Assembly (NCBI GenBank): GCA_963674965.2 | Contig: CAXXFL010000001.1 | Span: 1,280,001 to 1,344,000 of the forward strand | Length of the DNA: 64,000 nucleotides | Direction of reading: 5' to 3' | DNA from: a bacterium | GTDB lineage: Bacteria > RBG-13-61-14 > DATKZS01 | In this document: positions 38,395-48,332 of the stretch, one piece after another | Numbering within the stretch: position 1 is the first letter of the stretch | Layout of the letters: each line of letters begins with the position of its first letter | Notes under the pieces: generated by a model | Told to the model about the DNA's origin: nothing | What the model saw: the letters and a program-made list of their open reading frames with translations, nothing else | Databases searched by the model: none | Made by a program: the position numbers and the translations under genes

Positions 38395-39543
38395 ATGAAA
38401 ATTCATGACGACCCGGACCTGGATTTCCAACTCAATCGTATTGTCACGCTGGGCGGCGGAGACGAAGAGGACGTTTTGGAGGCCGCCTGGCGGATTCGTG
38501 ACCTGGCGGACTGGAAGAGGGAGTTCCTGCGCCTGGCCGCGGCGGCGGATGACCAGGGAAGGACCGCGAACGCGGCGGCCTATTACCGAGCGGCGGATTT
38601 TTATATGTCCCCCGACGACCCCGACAAGGAGAAGGCCTACGACCGGTCGGTGGAATTATTCCGCGAGACGGCAAAGGATGAATTCGAGAGCGGCGGCATA
38701 ATCGAGGCGCGGGTCCCTTACGAGTCCGGTTTTCTTCCCGCTTGGCGTCTTCCCGTGAGAGAGGGGGTCTCGAGGGGAACGATCGTCATGCACGGCGGTT
38801 TCGATTCATGCAAGGAGGAACTCTATCCGATCGCCGACTCTTTTCGTTCGCTGGGCTTTGATACCATTCAGTTCGAGGGTCCCGGCCAGGGAGAATCGCT
38901 TTATAAGGGCAAGCTGGCCATGACCCCCGCGTGGGAAAGGCCGGTGGCTCGCGTGCTCGATCACTTCGCTATTGAGGACGTCACATTGATCGGCCTTTCC
39001 CTGGGCGGCTACCTTGCTCCCCGAGCGGCGGCCTTCGAGCGCCGCGTCAAGCGGGTCGTGGCCTGGGGCGTGGTGTATGATTTCTTCGAGACCATGATGG
39101 CCACGCGAGGGCTGATTATCGGCCTGGGCATAAGGACCTTGTTGTTCCTTCGTTTCGCGCCCATTCTGAACGCCCTGACTTACGCCCAGATGAGAAGGAA
39201 CCCATTCGTGAAATGGGGCGTCGAGCGAGGCATGTTGGTCTTTTGCGTCGGCAGCCCTTACGAGAATTTCCGCGAGGCGAAAAGGTATTCATTAAAAGGA
39301 GTCTCCGATAAAATCACGGGGGATTTACTCTTGTTGGCGGGGAGTCAGGACCACCTCGTCGGTCTTCCCTTCTTTTTCAGGCAGGCGGCCGAACTGACCG
39401 GAGCGCGGTCATTCACCGGCCGTATTTTCACCGAGAAGGAAAACGCCCATACCCACTGCCAGATGGGCAACATTCCCCTGGCAATTCAGACAATTAGCGC
39501 TTGGATTGAGGAGCGGGCCGCTTCCGAAGCCGCCGGCGCGTAA
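38395..39543 (+). CDS. Alpha/beta hydrolase (FrsA / 2,6-dihydroxypseudooxynicotine hydrolase-like)
   Basis: HGGFDS, FEGPGQG, nucleophile GLSLGG, HCQMG. Confidence 0.88.
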   Translation: MKIHDDPDLDFQLNRIVTLGGGDEEDVLEAAWRIRDLADWKREFLRLAAAADDQGRTANAAAYYRAADFYMSPDDPDKEKAYDRSVELFRETAKDEFESGGIIEARVPYESGFLPAWRLPVREGVSRGTIVMHGGFDSCKEELYPIADSFRSLGFDTIQFEGPGQGESLYKGKLAMTPAWERPVARVLDHFAIEDVTLIGLSLGGYLAPRAAAFERRVKRVVAWGVVYDFFETMMATRGLIIGLGIRTLLFLRFAPILNALTYAQMRRNPFVKWGVERGMLVFCVGSPYENFREAKRYSLKGVSDKITGDLLLLAGSQDHLVGLPFFFRQAAELTGARSFTGRIFTEKENAHTHCQMGNIPLAIQTISAWIEERAASEAAGA

Positions 39544-39698
39544 CGCCTACCGCCTCGGAGATTCCAGCTCGTTTTCCCTCCGTATACCGACCCCGCCGTT
39601 CATTTAATATCGGCGGGATATCCTCCAAGGTGGTTTGAAATCTTTTTGTAAAGGCTCTCGGTAATTATAAAAATCGGCTCCTTTATTCCGGATTTTTC

Positions 39699-39744
39699 TT
39701 GACACGATATCACGCCGCGTGCTACTATATCCTTGGAGTAACAC
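39699..39744 (+). promoter_or_regulatory. sigma70 promoter overlapped by inverted-repeat operator GTGCTAC-N12-GTAACAC
   Basis: TTGACA at 39699-39704, TGnTACTAT at 39720-39728; half-sites at 39719-39725 and 39738-39744. Confidence 0.65.
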
Positions 39745-39762
39745 AACCTGCGGGAGGATGTT

Positions 39763-41703
39763 ATGAAAAGATTGGCCTATATCTGGAGCATGTCGATAAT
39801 TGCCATGACCATGGCATTCGCGGCGACCGCCGAGGAAGACAAAAAAAGCGAGGAAGAATACGAGCTGCCGGCCGTAAACGTCGTGTCCACGCCCATCGTG
39901 CAGTCCACCACCACCGACCGCTACGGCCAGGAAAAGACCGTGGTCGAGGACGAGCAGATCGAGGACCTGAACGCGGGCGATATATCGAGCGCTCTTCGCC
40001 GCACGCCGGGGGTCAACATCTCCCGTTATAACCTGGTGGGCGGCTTCGGCGGAGGCGACGGCGGGGCCATCTATATAAGAGGCATGGGCAGCGGCCGTCC
40101 GGGCGCGGAACTTTCCATCATGTTCGACGGCGTGTACAAGGCCAACTCCGTTTGGACCCATCCTCTCCTGGATACCATCAGCACCGACGCGGCGTCCTCC
40201 ATCGAGGTCTACAAGAGCCCGCAGCCCGTGTTCGTGGGTAACATGTCCTTCGGCGCCATCAACGTCGTGCCCAAGTCGCTCGAGGAAGAGGGGACTTTCT
40301 TCCAGGTCCGCTCGGGCGGCGGGACTTACGGTACCTGGTTCGAGACGGCGGAGGGCGGATACAACTCGGGTCCCTGGGACCTCTACTTCGTCCAGTCCAT
40401 CCGGGAGTCGGAAGGACACCGCGACCACTCGGCGGGCAGGACCGAGGCCACCTATATCGGCGTCGGCTACGACTTGACCGACAATCTCTGGCTCGAGTTG
40501 CGCGGCATCTCCACTACGGGCACGTGCCAGGACCCGGGACCGGACACGGCCCCCCCGCCCAAGCGCGAGACCTTCAACGTGGATAACGACACCCTCATCT
40601 TCTCCATCAACGACAAGTTCGAGTGGGGCGAGGGCTATATCAAGGGCTACGTTGACAGGGGCTACATCAACTGGCAGGAGGAGGACGGCGACTCGAACAC
40701 GCCCTGGCAAAACTACGGGATCAAGGCGCGTCAGACCTTCCGCTACGAGGGCCTCGAGGTCATGGCCGGCCTGGACGGAAACTTCATGGGCTCCGAGTTC
40801 GTCAACACCGACCTGACCGGCGTCAGGGTGGGCGACATCGAGTGGGACCTGTGGCATTCCTGGGAGCCCTACGCGGCGGTGTCCTATTTGATCGGCTCGG
40901 AGGATGGACTATACGCCATCCCCTCTTATGGCCACCGCTGGCACATGCACTCCGAGTTCGACGACAAGGAGTCGTGGCAGGCGGGACTGGTCGCCGGTTA
41001 CGGGCCCGACCTCCAGGGCCACGCCTCCTTTTCCAAGGGATATAACTACCCCGGCCAGTACGTTCGCAACTTCTACCAGTCCCTGTGGACCTTCTTCTAC
41101 GACGGCGACGAGTACGAGGACCTCGAGATCGAGAGCGTCGAGCAGTGGGAGGTGGGGGTCTCGGCGAAGATACTGGAAAAGGCCGCGGTCAACGTTACCT
41201 ATTTCAACGCCTCGGGCGAGGATAAATACGCCTGGATTTTCCCTCCCCCTCCCCCGCCCAGGATCGTTAACATCGGGGAGTTCGAGCTTCACGGCGTCGA
41301 CTCTTCCATTATCATAACGCCCGCGGATTTCGTTTCCATATATCTGGGTTATACTAACATCCAGATCGAGGAGCCGGAGGACGAGATGTACCCGCGCGCT
41401 CCCGAGAACACGGCCAGCGCCGGTCTCAGCATGCTTCTCATCGACCGGCTCAAGGTGAACGTGGACTATCAATACGTTGACGAGCAGTACGTGGGCAACG
41501 CGAGGTTCGCGGACGATCCGGTTTTGATCGACGCCTACAATCTGGTCAACGCCAAGGTCGGGTGGTTATTTGAAAGTGGAAGAACAAGCGGCGAGATATG
41601 GGTCGCCGGCGAGAACCTGGGGAACGAGGAATACGAGTTCCTGCCCGATTATCCCATGCCGGGTCCAACGTATATGGGAGGAGTCTCCCTTGCGTTTAAA
41701 TAG
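39763..41703 (+). CDS. TonB-dependent receptor
   Basis: Signal peptide; plug motifs LRRTPGV, IYIRG, IEVYK and GAINVV; C-terminal ENL...PGPTYMGGVSLAF. Confidence 0.93.
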   Translation: MKRLAYIWSMSIIAMTMAFAATAEEDKKSEEEYELPAVNVVSTPIVQSTTTDRYGQEKTVVEDEQIEDLNAGDISSALRRTPGVNISRYNLVGGFGGGDGGAIYIRGMGSGRPGAELSIMFDGVYKANSVWTHPLLDTISTDAASSIEVYKSPQPVFVGNMSFGAINVVPKSLEEEGTFFQVRSGGGTYGTWFETAEGGYNSGPWDLYFVQSIRESEGHRDHSAGRTEATYIGVGYDLTDNLWLELRGISTTGTCQDPGPDTAPPPKRETFNVDNDTLIFSINDKFEWGEGYIKGYVDRGYINWQEEDGDSNTPWQNYGIKARQTFRYEGLEVMAGLDGNFMGSEFVNTDLTGVRVGDIEWDLWHSWEPYAAVSYLIGSEDGLYAIPSYGHRWHMHSEFDDKESWQAGLVAGYGPDLQGHASFSKGYNYPGQYVRNFYQSLWTFFYDGDEYEDLEIESVEQWEVGVSAKILEKAAVNVTYFNASGEDKYAWIFPPPPPPRIVNIGEFELHGVDSSIIITPADFVSIYLGYTNIQIEEPEDEMYPRAPENTASAGLSMLLIDRLKVNVDYQYVDEQYVGNARFADDPVLIDAYNLVNAKVGWLFESGRTSGEIWVAGENLGNEEYEFLPDYPMPGPTYMGGVSLAFK

Positions 41704-42574
41704 TGCCAGCCAGCCAAGGAGCCTCGGCCGCGCCCTTTTCAGGGTCGCGGCCTTGGCCGTGTTGGGCCTTATTTTTTTCCAGGCCCCGAAGGCCGCCTCG
41801 ATCGAGGAAAAAGCCAAGCCGGAAAATTCAAAGCCCGCTATAGTCGTCTCGACGGCGCTCTTATCGACGGCGGTCAGGGACCTGATGGGTGACTCGGTGC
41901 AAATTTACGAGATGATACCCCCCGGTTCCTGCCCCGGCCATTACGACATGACGCCCGAGGACTTCAGGGCCATCTCCGGGGCCGACGCCATTGTGCTGCA
42001 CGATTTCCAGTCCCACATGATAAGGAAAATCTCCGAGGCCGGAGCCTCCAAAACCCCTGTAATAGTCGTGCCCGAAAAAGGCTCGGCCATCACGCCAACC
42101 GGCTACTCGAGGACCCTCGAATACCTGGCAACGGAGATCCCCGGCGCCGTTCCCCGGCTTGAGAGCGCGACGCGGCGCGGCCTTCCCGAGGCCTTGGCCA
42201 TGGTCAAGGTGGCCGAGGCCGAGGCCATCGAGTCCGGTGCGGACGGTCTTAAAGGACTCCCCATAGTGGCGGCCCACTTCCAAAAGGACTTCGCCCAGTA
42301 CTGGGGCATGGAGGTCGTGGCGGAAATACCTCCCGGCGGCGAGCTGTCGGCCAAAGAGCTGGTCCAGGTTCTGACCAAGGCCCAGGAGGGAAAGGCCAAA
42401 GTGGTGGTGGCCAACGCTCAAAGCGCGGGCAAGGGCGCCCGGGTCATCGCCGATCGTCTTGGCCTGCCCCTGGTGGTGTTGTCCAACTTTCCCTCCGAGT
42501 CCAGGAAGGGGTCATATCGCGGCCTTCTTCTATCCAACGTAAAGGGTCTGGTGGATGCCCGCGTCGGAGAGTAA
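41690..42574 (+). CDS. Metal ABC transporter substrate-binding protein (ZnuA/TroA family)
   Basis: IVVST...MIPPGSCPGHYDMTP...ADAIV; TTG start at 41690 after GGAGGAG (ORF track starts at 41570). Confidence 0.8.
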   Translation: MRLNSASQPRSLGRALFRVAALAVLGLIFFQAPKAASIEEKAKPENSKPAIVVSTALLSTAVRDLMGDSVQIYEMIPPGSCPGHYDMTPEDFRAISGADAIVLHDFQSHMIRKISEAGASKTPVIVVPEKGSAITPTGYSRTLEYLATEIPGAVPRLESATRRGLPEALAMVKVAEAEAIESGADGLKGLPIVAAHFQKDFAQYWGMEVVAEIPPGGELSAKELVQVLTKAQEGKAKVVVANAQSAGKGARVIADRLGLPLVVLSNFPSESRKGSYRGLLLSNVKGLVDARVGE

Positions 42575-43355
42575 CCCGGCCGTATGGGCTCGGGACGCGG
42601 CCATCTCGAGAGGCTCGTCCATCGTGCTCTCCGAGGTGAACGTGGAAATCCCGAGAGGCTCGATCGCGGCCGTGCTCGGGCCTAACGGCGCGGGCAAGAC
42701 CACCTTGGTTTTCTCGATCTGCGGTTTCGTGAAGCCGGCCTCGGGTTCCCTCGAGGTATTGGGGCGGGACATGACCTCGATCGGCCCTTCCGAGCTTGCC
42801 CGGCTGAGGAGGTCGATAGGTCTTCTGCCCCAGTTGTCCGAGATAAACGAGCTGGCGCCGCTCTCGGTAAGGGAAGTGGTGGCCATCGGCAGGGCGGGCC
42901 GGGCGGGACTGGGGGCCAGGCTGTCCCGGGACGACTGGAGGGCCGTTGACGAGGCCATCTCTTTATTCGGTCTGGACCATCTGGCAAGCCGCGTTTTTCA
43001 TCGGCTCTCGGGCGGCGAAAAAAGAAAGACCGGCCTGGCCCGAGTCTTCGCCCAGGAGCCCGAGCTGTTCATCCTGGACGAGCCCATGGCCAACCTGGAC
43101 GTTTCATGGCAGGAAAGGCTGAGGGAGGAAATCCAGAAAGCCTGGGAAAGAACCGGGGCCACCGTTATTATCGTTTCCCACGACACCCATAACCTGCCCG
43201 AGGGATGCTCGCTTTTCGCGCTTGTCGGGCGGGGCACTGTACTCGCCTCGGGTCCGTCCTCCCGGGTGCTGACGGAGGAGGCGCTGGAGCGGTCTTATGG
43301 AAAAGGCGTCTCGGTCGTCAGACGGGAAGGACGCGACTACCTGCTGGGGGCGTAA
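42555..43355 (+). CDS. Metal ABC transporter ATPase
   Basis: GPNGAGKTT, LSGGE, ILDEP, VSHD. Confidence 0.9.
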   Translation: MPASESNPAVWARDAAISRGSSIVLSEVNVEIPRGSIAAVLGPNGAGKTTLVFSICGFVKPASGSLEVLGRDMTSIGPSELARLRRSIGLLPQLSEINELAPLSVREVVAIGRAGRAGLGARLSRDDWRAVDEAISLFGLDHLASRVFHRLSGGEKRKTGLARVFAQEPELFILDEPMANLDVSWQERLREEIQKAWERTGATVIIVSHDTHNLPEGCSLFALVGRGTVLASGPSSRVLTEEALERSYGKGVSVVRREGRDYLLGA

Positions 43356-43358
43356 GCC

Positions 43359-44159
43359 ATGATCACGGCCCGAGTTATTGTCGAGATACTGGCGGCCGCC
43401 GTTATCAGCGGGGCGTCCTGCGCCGCGGTCGGCTTTCTTCTGGCTAACCTCAGGTTGCCCTTTTTGGGCGTGACCATGTCTCACGCGGCCCTGGCCGGGG
43501 CCGTCTTCGCCAAGGTGTTGGGGCTGCCCATCTTTCCACCGGCTTTCGCCGTGGCCATCGGCTCGGCCTTCGCTATCGGACCCCTGGCCGACAAAGCCAA
43601 GCTCGATTCCAACCTGGCCATGGGCATCGTCTTCTCCCTCAGCATGGGAGTGGCCTTTCTCGGCATCGGCCTGACGGACGGTCCCAAGACGGAGATGCTC
43701 GACCTTATCTGGGGTTCCATTCTTCTCATCACCACCAGGGACGTTATATTCCTGGGCGTACTCGGTTTGATTTTATTTGTCTACCTGGCCGTCTTCGAAA
43801 AGGAAATCAAGGCCGTGCTCTTCTCGAGGACCGTGGCCGCCTCGGTGGGGGTCAGGGAGGCGGCGTTGACCTACTCGATGCTGATAGTGACGGGGGCCGT
43901 TGTGACCGCCTGTCTCGAGTCGGTGGGCGGGCTTTTATTGTTCGCCCTTCTCAGCAACCCCGTGGCCGCGGCCACCCGCGTTTTCGACTCGTACATGGGA
44001 AGCCTGATCGGGTCGGCCGGTCTGGGCGCCCTCAGCGCGGTGGGCGGGCTCGGCCTGTCCTGGGTATTCAACCTGCCGGCCGGGGCCTCCATCGCCCTGG
44101 TTTCGGGAATCATCTTTATTATATGTATAATAATCGGGAGGCTAACGGGAAAATCATGA
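43359..44159 (+). CDS. Metal ABC transporter permease (ZnuB/ABC-3 family)
   Basis: MSHAALAG, WGSIL, VGGLL; multiple transmembrane helices. Confidence 0.9.
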   Translation: MITARVIVEILAAAVISGASCAAVGFLLANLRLPFLGVTMSHAALAGAVFAKVLGLPIFPPAFAVAIGSAFAIGPLADKAKLDSNLAMGIVFSLSMGVAFLGIGLTDGPKTEMLDLIWGSILLITTRDVIFLGVLGLILFVYLAVFEKEIKAVLFSRTVAASVGVREAALTYSMLIVTGAVVTACLESVGGLLLFALLSNPVAAATRVFDSYMGSLIGSAGLGALSAVGGLGLSWVFNLPAGASIALVSGIIFIICIIIGRLTGKS

Positions 44160-44767
44160 ACCGGACAAAAGCTGAATTTTTCGACCGTCACGCCGAGGAG
44201 CCCTGGTCGTCGGCGGATTACACCGAGGAAGAACTGGGTAAGATTCGCTGGCTCTTCGATAAGGTCAAGCTGGAAAAGGGACAAAAAGTCCTCGAGCCGG
44301 GCTGCGGCACGGGCCGGGTCACTCTCCTCCTGGCCAGGGAAATTGGGCCCGAGGGAAGCGTGACCGCCGCGGACATCAGCGAGACGATGATCGCGGCCTG
44401 CCGAAAAAGGCTGGAGGGACAAGAAAACGTCTCCCTTTTCCACGCCGCCGTGGAAGAAATCGATCTTGCCGACGATTCCTTCGATCTGGCGCTCTGCTTC
44501 AACGTCTTTCCCCATCTTGACGACAAGCCCGCGGTCTTAAACCTTTTCCGCCGCCTTTTAAAGCCCTCGGGCAAGCTGGCCATTTTCCATATCCATCCGT
44601 CCTCATTCATCAACGACCTTCATCGCAAGGCCGAGACGCCCGTGCAGGAGGACATGATCCCCGACAAGGATGAGATGAATAAGATGCTCCATGAAGCCGG
44701 CTTTATCATGAAAGAGTTTCTGGATGAAGACAGGTTTTTCACTCTCGCCTTTATAGACGGCCAATAA
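44156..44767 (+). CDS. Class I SAM-dependent methyltransferase
   Basis: VLEPGCGTG, DISETM, FPH; ATGA overlap with the permease. Confidence 0.9.
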   Translation: MNRTKAEFFDRHAEEPWSSADYTEEELGKIRWLFDKVKLEKGQKVLEPGCGTGRVTLLLAREIGPEGSVTAADISETMIAACRKRLEGQENVSLFHAAVEEIDLADDSFDLALCFNVFPHLDDKPAVLNLFRRLLKPSGKLAIFHIHPSSFINDLHRKAETPVQEDMIPDKDEMNKMLHEAGFIMKEFLDEDRFFTLAFIDGQ

Positions 44768-44969
44768 CTCGATGGCGGGGCTTTGAAAATGAGCTTTCAC
44801 TAAAGCCGAAAAAATTATTGAAGACGCCCCCTTATGATGATATCATTAAGGTTTGATATAGAATAATACTTAGGACGCCGCCCGGGTATTTCAACCTCCT
44901 TTTTAATCGTTCGGCGTCGCGCGGTTGCCGGTCGCGACGATGGGGGGGCGTCCCCATGGAGGACATATA

Positions 44970-46886
44970 TTGAACAACGTCGCGAAATCCGCCCTGGTCT
45001 GGATCATCATCTTCGGTGTTTTCATCGCGCTGTTCTGGTTCATGAAGCAAAACGGCGAGAAACCCAAGCCCGTCGAGTACTCCAAGTTCATCGAGGAGGT
45101 CAAGGCAAAGGAAGTCAGCAGCGTTACCATCCGGGGCCAGAAGATCACGGGTAAATACATCGACGACAAGAAATTCTCGACCTACGGTCCCCAGGAGTTG
45201 GACCCTTCCATTTTCACGCTTTTCAACGAGATGGGGGTCCAGGTCAAGTTCGAGGAAGACACCGAGCCCGCCTATATCACGGCGCTATTCACTTACGTTC
45301 CCATTTTGCTGCTGGTTTTCTTCATGATTTTCTTCATAAGGCAGATGCAGAACTCCGGCGGCAAGGCCATGAGCTTTGGCAAATCCAGGCCCCGCTTTTT
45401 AAACGAGGCCCAAAAGAAGATCACTTTTGACGACGTGGCCGGCATCGACGAGGTGATCGGCGAGGTCGAGGAAATCATCGAGTTTTTAAAGGACCCCAAG
45501 AAGTTCACCAAGCTGGGCGGCCGCATTCCCAAGGGCGTTCTCTTGATAGGCGCTCCCGGCACGGGCAAGACCCTTCTGGCCCGGGCCATAGCGGGCGAGG
45601 CGGGCGTTCCCTTCTTGTCAATTTCCGGCTCGGACTTCGTCGAGATGTTCGTGGGCGTTGGCGCCTCCCGGGTAAGGGACCTTTTCCTCCAGGGCAAGAA
45701 GCACGCTCCGTGCATCATTTTTATCGACGAGATCGACGCGGTGGGCAGGCATCGAGGCGCCGGTCTTGGCGGCGGCCACGACGAACGGGAGCAGACGCTC
45801 AACCAACTTCTTGTCGAGATGGACGGTTTCGAGGCCAACGAGGGCGTTATATTAATGGCGGCCACCAACCGTCCCGACGTTCTGGACCCGGCCCTTCTCC
45901 GTCCCGGCCGTTTCGACCGCCAGGTGGTGGTTCCCCGTCCCGACGTGAAGGGACGCGCCGAGATCATCTCGGTCCATACCAAGGAAAATCCTCTTGCCGA
46001 CGACGTGAACATGGAGACGCTGGCCAAGGGCACGCCCGGTTTTTCCGGCGCGGACCTGGAGAACATGGTCAACGAGGCGGCCCTGGTTGCGGCCCGCCGG
46101 GGCAAGGACGAGATCGACATGGACGATTTCGAGTTCGCCAAGGACAAGGTGATCATGGGAATCGAGCGCCGGAGCCTGGTCATCAGCGAGGAGGAGCGCA
46201 AGATGACGGCCTATCACGAGGCCGGGCACGCTCTGGTGGCCAAGCTGTTGCCGGGCGCCGATCCGGTCCACAAGGTCACCATCATCCCGAGGGGAAGGGC
46301 GCTGGGAGTCACGCAGCAGCTTCCCAGCGAGGACAAGTACACCATATCCAAGACCAGGGCCCTTAACAACATGGTCATTTTCCTGGGGGGCAGGGCGGCC
46401 GAGGAAATAGCCCTGGCCGAGAGGACCTCGGGAGCGGGCAACGACATCGAGCGAGTGACCGAGTTGGCGAGAAAAATGGTCTGCGAGTGGGGCATGAGCG
46501 ACAAGCTCGGTCCTCTCAACTTCAGGCAAAAGGACGACGAGATTTTCGTGGGAAGGGACTTGGGCGTCAGAAGAGAGTACGGCGAAAAGACCCAGCAGAT
46601 GATAGACGACGAGGTAAAGGACATCGTAACGGCCGCCCACGACCAGGCCGTCAAGCTGCTCGAGGAAAATCGGGACAAGCTCGAGGCCCTGGCCAACGCG
46701 CTTCTCGAGAGGGAAGTGCTCGACGGCGAGGAAATCGAGATGGTCCTACAGGGCAAGAAGCTGCCGCCCATTAAGGTCGCGCCCGAGATGGAAACAAGGA
46801 AACGCGGGTCCAAGGAAAAAAAGAAAAAGGAATCCAAGTCCCACGCTCCATCGGTCGTGCCCGACCCCGTCGGAGGAGAAGCCTGA
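44970..46886 (+). CDS. ftsH: ATP-dependent zinc metalloprotease FtsH
   Basis: Two transmembrane helices, [42 protein letters not shown] start after GGAGGA. Confidence 0.97.
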   Translation: MNNVAKSALVWIIIFGVFIALFWFMKQNGEKPKPVEYSKFIEEVKAKEVSSVTIRGQKITGKYIDDKKFSTYGPQELDPSIFTLFNEMGVQVKFEEDTEPAYITALFTYVPILLLVFFMIFFIRQMQNSGGKAMSFGKSRPRFLNEAQKKITFDDVAGIDEVIGEVEEIIEFLKDPKKFTKLGGRIPKGVLLIGAPGTGKTLLARAIAGEAGVPFLSISGSDFVEMFVGVGASRVRDLFLQGKKHAPCIIFIDEIDAVGRHRGAGLGGGHDEREQTLNQLLVEMDGFEANEGVILMAATNRPDVLDPALLRPGRFDRQVVVPRPDVKGRAEIISVHTKENPLADDVNMETLAKGTPGFSGADLENMVNEAALVAARRGKDEIDMDDFEFAKDKVIMGIERRSLVISEEERKMTAYHEAGHALVAKLLPGADPVHKVTIIPRGRALGVTQQLPSEDKYTISKTRALNNMVIFLGGRAAEEIALAERTSGAGNDIERVTELARKMVCEWGMSDKLGPLNFRQKDDEIFVGRDLGVRREYGEKTQQMIDDEVKDIVTAAHDQAVKLLEENRDKLEALANALLEREVLDGEEIEMVLQGKKLPPIKVAPEMETRKRGSKEKKKKESKSHAPSVVPDPVGGEA

Positions 46887-46907
46887 ACTTTTTTCGTGAC
46901 GACCGAC

Positions 46908-46938
46908 AAGGCGTCGCCGGAAAAGGGCGGCGCCTTTT
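46908..46938 (+). terminator. Rho-independent terminator after ftsH
   Basis: AAGGCGTCGCC-loop-GGCGGCGCCTT followed by TT, between convergent genes. Confidence 0.7.
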
Positions 46939-47543
46939 CAGTCCACCTCGATCCTGGCCAGGCGGGAACAGACCACCAGGGTCAGTCCGAAAATGATATC
47001 GATCGACAGCATGTCCGAGATGCCCTTGTCGAAAAGCAGCTTGCCCGAGGCGTCGAACTCGTCGTCCTTGCCGTAGAAAAGGACCGCCAGGGGAACCTTG
47101 GGAAGGACCCGGAACCTATAGGCCGCGTCGGCCATCTCGAGGGGCTCGCCGCCCAGTTTCTCACAGGCCTTTTTAAAAGCCTCCACGTCCTCGCCGAAAC
47201 GCCTCGTGAACATGGCCGCGGGCACGGAGTGGGCCCCCACGAAAAAGGACACGCCGCCGGGCAGGTCCTTCTCCGATATCCACTCCCCGCTTACCCGGCC
47301 GCGAGAGGCGCCGAGAAGATAAAACAGGACGACCAGACCAAGCTCGACGTCGGTTACGGGAGCGCCGGTCGCGGCGTTAACGATCATGGCCTTTTCGGCG
47401 AAGACCTCGAGGTCTTCCCCCCAGAACTCGACCAAAAAACATGAGCGCCCCGCGTCGTAATCGCACATGGCGTCCCGAGCAATTTCCGAGGGCGGCCTCT
47501 CGAGCAGTTGATCGAAAAACCATTTATGCATCTGATGGCACAT
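46938..47543 (-). CDS. DUF3786 domain protein
   Basis: GEWISEKDLPGG..FF and LPKVPL.V.F...DDEF.A...LLFD motifs. Confidence 0.85.
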   Translation of the reverse strand: MCHQMHKWFFDQLLERPPSEIARDAMCDYDAGRSCFLVEFWGEDLEVFAEKAMIVNAATGAPVTDVELGLVVLFYLLGASRGRVSGEWISEKDLPGGVSFFVGAHSVPAAMFTRRFGEDVEAFKKACEKLGGEPLEMADAAYRFRVLPKVPLAVLFYGKDDEFDASGKLLFDKGISDMLSIDIIFGLTLVVCSRLARIEVD

Positions 47544-47594
47544 GGGTCACCTTCATAAAGCGCGCAAAGCTCCGCGCCGGAAAATTTAATCGGT

Positions 47595-48332
47595 CTATCG
47601 GGTTTTTTCCTTGACCGGTCCCACTGGGGCAAGGTAGACCGTCGTTTCTTCCTCCGCGTCAACCCCGAGAAGGGCGTTGACCTCCTCGTCGAAAAAGGCC
47701 CCTATCCCACAGCAGCCGAGGCCAAGGTCCTCCGCCGCCAGGTACAGGTTCTCGCAGACGTGGCCGGCGTCGAGATACATGTAGCGGTAAGCGCGCTGGG
47801 CGTACTTGATCTTGCAGCGGTCCATGACCGAGGTCCAGATAAAGACCGCGGCCGCTCGCTCGCACATGCCCTGGCCAAGCGCCGCCTCGGCGAGAGACCC
47901 TCCCAGATTCCCCTCCTTGATGAGCTCGAGGGAAGCGCGGAGGATATTGTAGTGGTAAAGGCCGGGATCGACGGCCTCGACCCGGTTGGCCAGTACGTAG
48001 GTCTCGATCGGATAGAGCGCGCCGGCGGAGGGCGCCGTCCGAAGCGCTATGTCTCCGGCCCGGGCCGTGACGCCCTGCGCGGCGAAGACCAGGCGGGAAA
48101 GCGTCTCCAAAGAAATTGGATCGGCCGTGAAGGTCCTTCTCGATCTTCGGCTGAAAAGGGCTTCCCACAGGCCGCCCTCCGGAATGGAGGCGCCCTCCAG
48201 CGATACGGTCCTCGAACCCGGATACTCCTTGAAGGCGGAAGGCCTTTTAGCGGGCCGACCGCCCAAGGCGGCCTTGTCCCGAAAATACATGGTCAGGCGC
48301 TGGTAACGGTCGCCGATAAAGTCATCGGTCAC
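47595..48332 (-). CDS. SagB/ThcOx-family nitroreductase-fold oxidoreductase
   Basis: RRSRR, RTAPSAGALYPIE, GLYHY, LDAGH, IGAF. Confidence 0.9.
   Translation of the reverse strand: MTDDFIGDRYQRLTMYFRDKAALGGRPAKRPSAFKEYPGSRTVSLEGASIPEGGLWEALFSRRSRRTFTADPISLETLSRLVFAAQGVTARAGDIALRTAPSAGALYPIETYVLANRVEAVDPGLYHYNILRASLELIKEGNLGGSLAEAALGQGMCERAAAVFIWTSVMDRCKIKYAQRAYRYMYLDAGHVCENLYLAAEDLGLGCCGIGAFFDEEVNALLGVDAEEETTVYLAPVGPVKEKTR

Noticed and set aside
47595-48332. RiPP (azole peptide) biosynthetic cluster
   Set aside because: No YcaO, precursor peptide or transporter nearby; solo SagB-like genes are common in anaerobes
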